DNA of 64,000 nt, from the NCBI GenBank assembly GCA_963714015.1, contig OY970223.1, forward strand, positions 2,112,001 through 2,176,000, in the 5' to 3' direction. Below are positions 60,742 through 64,000 of this stretch, piece by piece (position 1 is the stretch's first letter; each line of letters begins with the position of its first letter). The translations under genes were made by a program, and so were the position numbers. Source of the stretch: Vulcanimicrobiota bacterium. GTDB taxonomy: Bacteria > Vulcanimicrobiota > Vulcanimicrobiia > Vulcanimicrobiales > Vulcanimicrobiaceae. The notes beneath the pieces were generated by a model that searched no databases, was not told the origin of the DNA, and saw nothing but the letters and a program-made list of their open reading frames with translations.

Positions 60742-63375
60742 GTGATACGTCCGGTAGCCGCCGATGGGCGGCTGGAGACCGGTGGTGCGTTTACGCCCAT
60801 CATGCGTCCACGCGTCGTCGATCGGATTGCCGAGGCGGCGGCTCAGCGTATCGTCCTCATCATCGCCCCCGCGGGCTACGGCAAATCGGTGGCCCTTCGG
60901 CAGTATCTCGAAACGCTGCAGGACTCGCACGTTCGTTACGACGTTCGCGCCGAACACGCGACTCTGCTAGGTTTCGTCCGCGGCTTCGCGGACGCGTTAT
61001 TGGAAGTGGCGCCGGATGCGCGCAAGAGCGTATCCAACGCGTTCGAGAAGAGCCGGTCTTCCGCGAGTCAAGGCGCGGACCTTGCGATGTGGCTGCACGC
61101 GCACATCAAGACCTTTACCGGCGTCATCGCAATCGACGACTTGCATGTGGCCGAAGGCGATCCCCAGATATCCAAGTTCGTCGTCTCATTGATCGAGCGC
61201 ACCAAAGGCCGCCTGAACTGGGTTATCGCATCGCGCTCTTCGCTCGATCTGCCCGTCGGATCGTGGCTGGCGTACGGCGAAATGGATCTGAACATCGACG
61301 AACAGGATCTGCGGTTCACCACCGAAGAGGCGCGCGTCGCTGCCAAGGCTTCGCGCGTCGGCGTGCGCGACGAAGAGCTCGCGCAAATACTTGCCATGAC
61401 CGAAGGGTGGCCGACCGCCCTGAGCTTTGCGCTGCGAACCTCGACACGATCGATCGATCTGCGCAACATTGCGGCGACGACGCGCGAGATGGTCTATCGC
61501 TATCTCGCCGAGCAGGTTTACAGATCGCTGCACGACGAGGAGCGCGATCTTCTCCACTTCGTTGCGTTCCTGCCGGACATCAACATCGAGGTTTTGCGGG
61601 CCGCCGGATACGTGAACGCGAAGTCCGTCATCGAAGCGTTGCGGGACAAAGTCGCCTTTATCTATCCGGACACTCCGGGCGTTTACCGGTGTCACGATCT
61701 TTTCCGCGACTTCTTGCAACACGAAGCCGAGCTGGGCGGCGACCGCCAGGTTGAGGATTTGCGGCGGCGAGCAGCCGCGGCGCTGGATGCGGCCGGCAAG
61801 CATTCCGCGGCGCTGCGTTTGTACGCGCGGCTGCAATCCGAGCCGGATATTCTGCGGATTCTGGACGTGCGCGGTTTCGCGCTCATGGATCAGGGGCATG
61901 CGGACGTCGTTCATGAAGCGCTCGATGCGCTCTCTTCCGAAGTGCGAGCCGGCAATTCGCTCGTCCTGGGTTTGCGCGCGCTGGGGGAAGCGGATCAAGG
62001 CCGCTTCGATCGCGCCGAGTCGCTGCTGCAGCGCGCCATCGCGCGGGTTCACAGCAAGGAACTGGCGGCCGATCTTTCGATCCGCCTGTCGGTCATACTT
62101 TCGAATCAGGGCCGCGATATCTGCGAGCTGCTCGCGCCCGTCGTGGAAGAAGAGTCTGTCTGACGACCTGCACGGCTCTGCGATGGCGATGCTTGCAGTT
62201 GGTCACGCGTATACCGGCCGTCTCGAGGAAGCACAAAAGGCGATAGACGTAACGGAGAAGCTTGCATTGCGCGTCGAATCGGATGAGATTCGAGCCAAGA
62301 TGTATTTGCGTTTGGGAAACGCGTCGACTGCCGCGCAGACTGCCGCAGGAGCGAATCGTGTCGTTCTTGCAGCGAGGACAGACGCTCTCGCAGCAGACGG
62401 CGTTGTTCAGCATCGCCGCGCACTGCTTCAGCTCCCTTGCCAACATTCAGCTTATTCTATGAAGATGACGGATCGAAGTGCTCGTGGTACGCGCAGCAAG
62501 CGCTCAACTCCGCAATAAAAGCCGGAGATCGCCTTCCGATGCAGACGGCACTCCTGCAAATGATCAACGTCGAGACAAGGCGAGGGAATCAAGAGCGTCT
62601 TCATGGCCTGCTCGCGCAATTCGCGTCAACTGCGACGACCGACGCAGCGCGCATGTCGTACGTCATGTCCGACCGCGCCATCATGGCCGCATGGGAAGGC
62701 CGTTTCGACGAGGCTCACCGTCTGCAGTCCCTCGCCGATCCGGGATTCTTTGCCTTCGACCGCGTTTATAACGGCGCGCTGCTCGCGCTCTACGCAGTTG
62801 CCTCGGGCCGGCGGGAGTCGGGGCTGGAGCACTGCGAGCGGGTCCTCAAGGAAATCGATCGGGGCGACTTTCAATATCTGTTCGGCAAGCGGCAAGCGGA
62901 GATCGCCCGCTTCCTATGCGGCAGCACCGAGGCGCTCGCGGGGCGGCTTTCGAATGCCGGTCGGATTTTGAAGCGGCGGCCTCAGGCCGAGGGCCCCGCT
63001 ATCGAGGCGATGCACGAAGCAGCAACCGCTATTTGGCGAACGATAAAGCGGCCGGCGCTCCGGGGCGATATTCGTGACAGCCTCGAACCCCTGCAGCTGT
63101 TGGGGTGGGGCGGCATCGCACGAGTGCTCGAGCAGGCAGTCGCTCGCTGCTTGATCGAGGACGCGGGCGTAGCGCCCGAAATCATCCTGACCAGAGCCGA
63201 GCTGGACGTGCTTTCGCGCTTGGCCGAAGGTCAGAGTCCAAAGGACATCGCCGAAGAAACGGGCCGGAGCATCTATACGATTCAGGCGCACGTTCAGAAC
63301 GTCATCAAGAAATTGGGGTGCAGCGGCCGTCACGAGGCCCTGACGGTAGCGCGCAAGCGAGGCTTGCTAGCGTAG
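60742..63375 (+). CDS. MalT-like STAND ATPase with TPR-like region and C-terminal LuxR HTH; split by indels near 62150, 62330 and 62455
   Basis: MRPRV, IAPAGYGKS, IDDLH, DLRFTTEEA, TEGWP, YLAEQV, HDLFRDFL; C-terminal LTRAELDVL..LAEGQSPKDIA...SIYTIQAHVQNVIKKLG. Confidence 0.88.
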
Positions 63376-63502
63376 GGTCCATGATCGTTCACTAGTATTC
63401 ACCTTGCGACCGTCTAGTGAAATTTAACGAGAGACCTAACCCCCTGCCTCTCGCTATCCTGTGGAAAAGAACCCTGTCTTATTCCGGGAGCGATTTTTTA
63501 TA

Positions 63503-63580
63503 ATGTTGACCACCTTCGCCGTAGTTGCCGCCATCGTGCTGCTTTTCAGCACGACCAACCCGCCGAGCGGTAACGGCTAA
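63503..63580 (+). CDS. Putative 25-aa small peptide MLTTFAVVAAIVLLFSTTNPPSGNG (not in the ORF track)
   Basis: ATG 63503 to TAA 63580; GGGAG 12 nt upstream; mostly G/C third positions; hydrophobic core then a polar tail. Confidence 0.55.
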   Translation: MLTTFAVVAAIVLLFSTTNPPSGNG

Positions 63581-63589
63581 GACAAAGCG

Positions 63590-64000
63590 GTGACCATCTC
63601 GTCCGCAGCTTCGACGCTGAGCAAGCACTTGCGCCGCCTAACCATGCAGGTGATCGATCACTTGAACGATCCGAACCTAATTGGCGACCCGGCGCTCGAA
63701 TCGTCGATCGAACTGATCCTCGACCGGCTCTGCCTCTCCGTACAGCTGGGAAAACCCGTCGGACTAGCCACTTGGGCGGTTCGCGAGGGGCGGCGGCTGG
63801 GCGCCGCGCGGACGCTGGAACTCTCGAATGCCGCCGCGCACGTGATAGCGAGCGAGGTTGCCGCGATACCTACCGATCACGCCAGGCTGCTGGCTTATCT
63901 GGACATTCTGCGGGCGGAGATCCAATCGGCGCTCTCGGCGCTCGATTCGGAGTCGACGGAAGACGGTCCACGAAGCCAGGACGAGGTCGCGCAAGCGCTC
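63590..64000 (+). CDS. N-terminal part of a helical protein running off the window
   Basis: GTG 63590 opens 137 stop-free codons (VTISSAASTLSKHLRRL...QDEVAQAL). Confidence 0.7.
   Translation, partial: MTISSAASTLSKHLRRLTMQVIDHLNDPNLIGDPALESSIELILDRLCLSVQLGKPVGLATWAVREGRRLGAARTLELSNAAAHVIASEVAAIPTDHARLLAYLDILRAEIQSALSALDSESTEDGPRSQDEVAQAL

Noticed and set aside
1..64000. tRNA, rRNA, IS elements, integrases, prophage genes
   Set aside because: No cloverleaf/T-loop context, rRNA-like tract, transposase, recombinase or phage structural motif was recognised by eye; tRNAscan and Rfam were not run.

Overview
GC-rich, gene-dense chromosomal window from a diderm bacterium: it has a TonB-dependent receptor, TamB and many Gly/Ser-linked lipoproteins including a Vgb-like propeller. 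The gene style suggests Eremiobacterota/Vulcanimicrobiota, but that is inference only. About 57 coding regions are supported. They include peptidases and serine hydrolases; MarR, HxlR, LytS/LytTR, AraC and LuxR regulators; two MalT-like STAND regulators; TMEM175, ClC, MIP and FNT channels; a PP2C/STAS partner-switching pair; a TM0106 nuclease-helicase; a RES-Xre toxin-antitoxin; TamB; a fatty-acid desaturase; an M28 peptidase and a cyclophilin. I found no rRNA, tRNA, CRISPR array, integrase or transposase. At least ten genes are split by single-base indels, several in short homopolymers, which most likely reflects long-read sequencing error. Best leads: (1) an unannotated 25-aa signal-peptide-like ORF behind an inverted repeat just downstream of a MalT/LuxR STAND regulator, a possible peptide-signalling module; (2) a DPA-motif, charged-pore aquaporin translationally coupled to a CX5R phosphatase; (3) an operator shared by an HxlR-SCP2 regulator and a distant doxX-like gene; (4) a three-gene Xre-RES-SDR operon with twin operators, plus an orphan Xre-like gene; (5) recurrent leaderless promoters. 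All family assignments were made by reading motifs by eye, not by database search.
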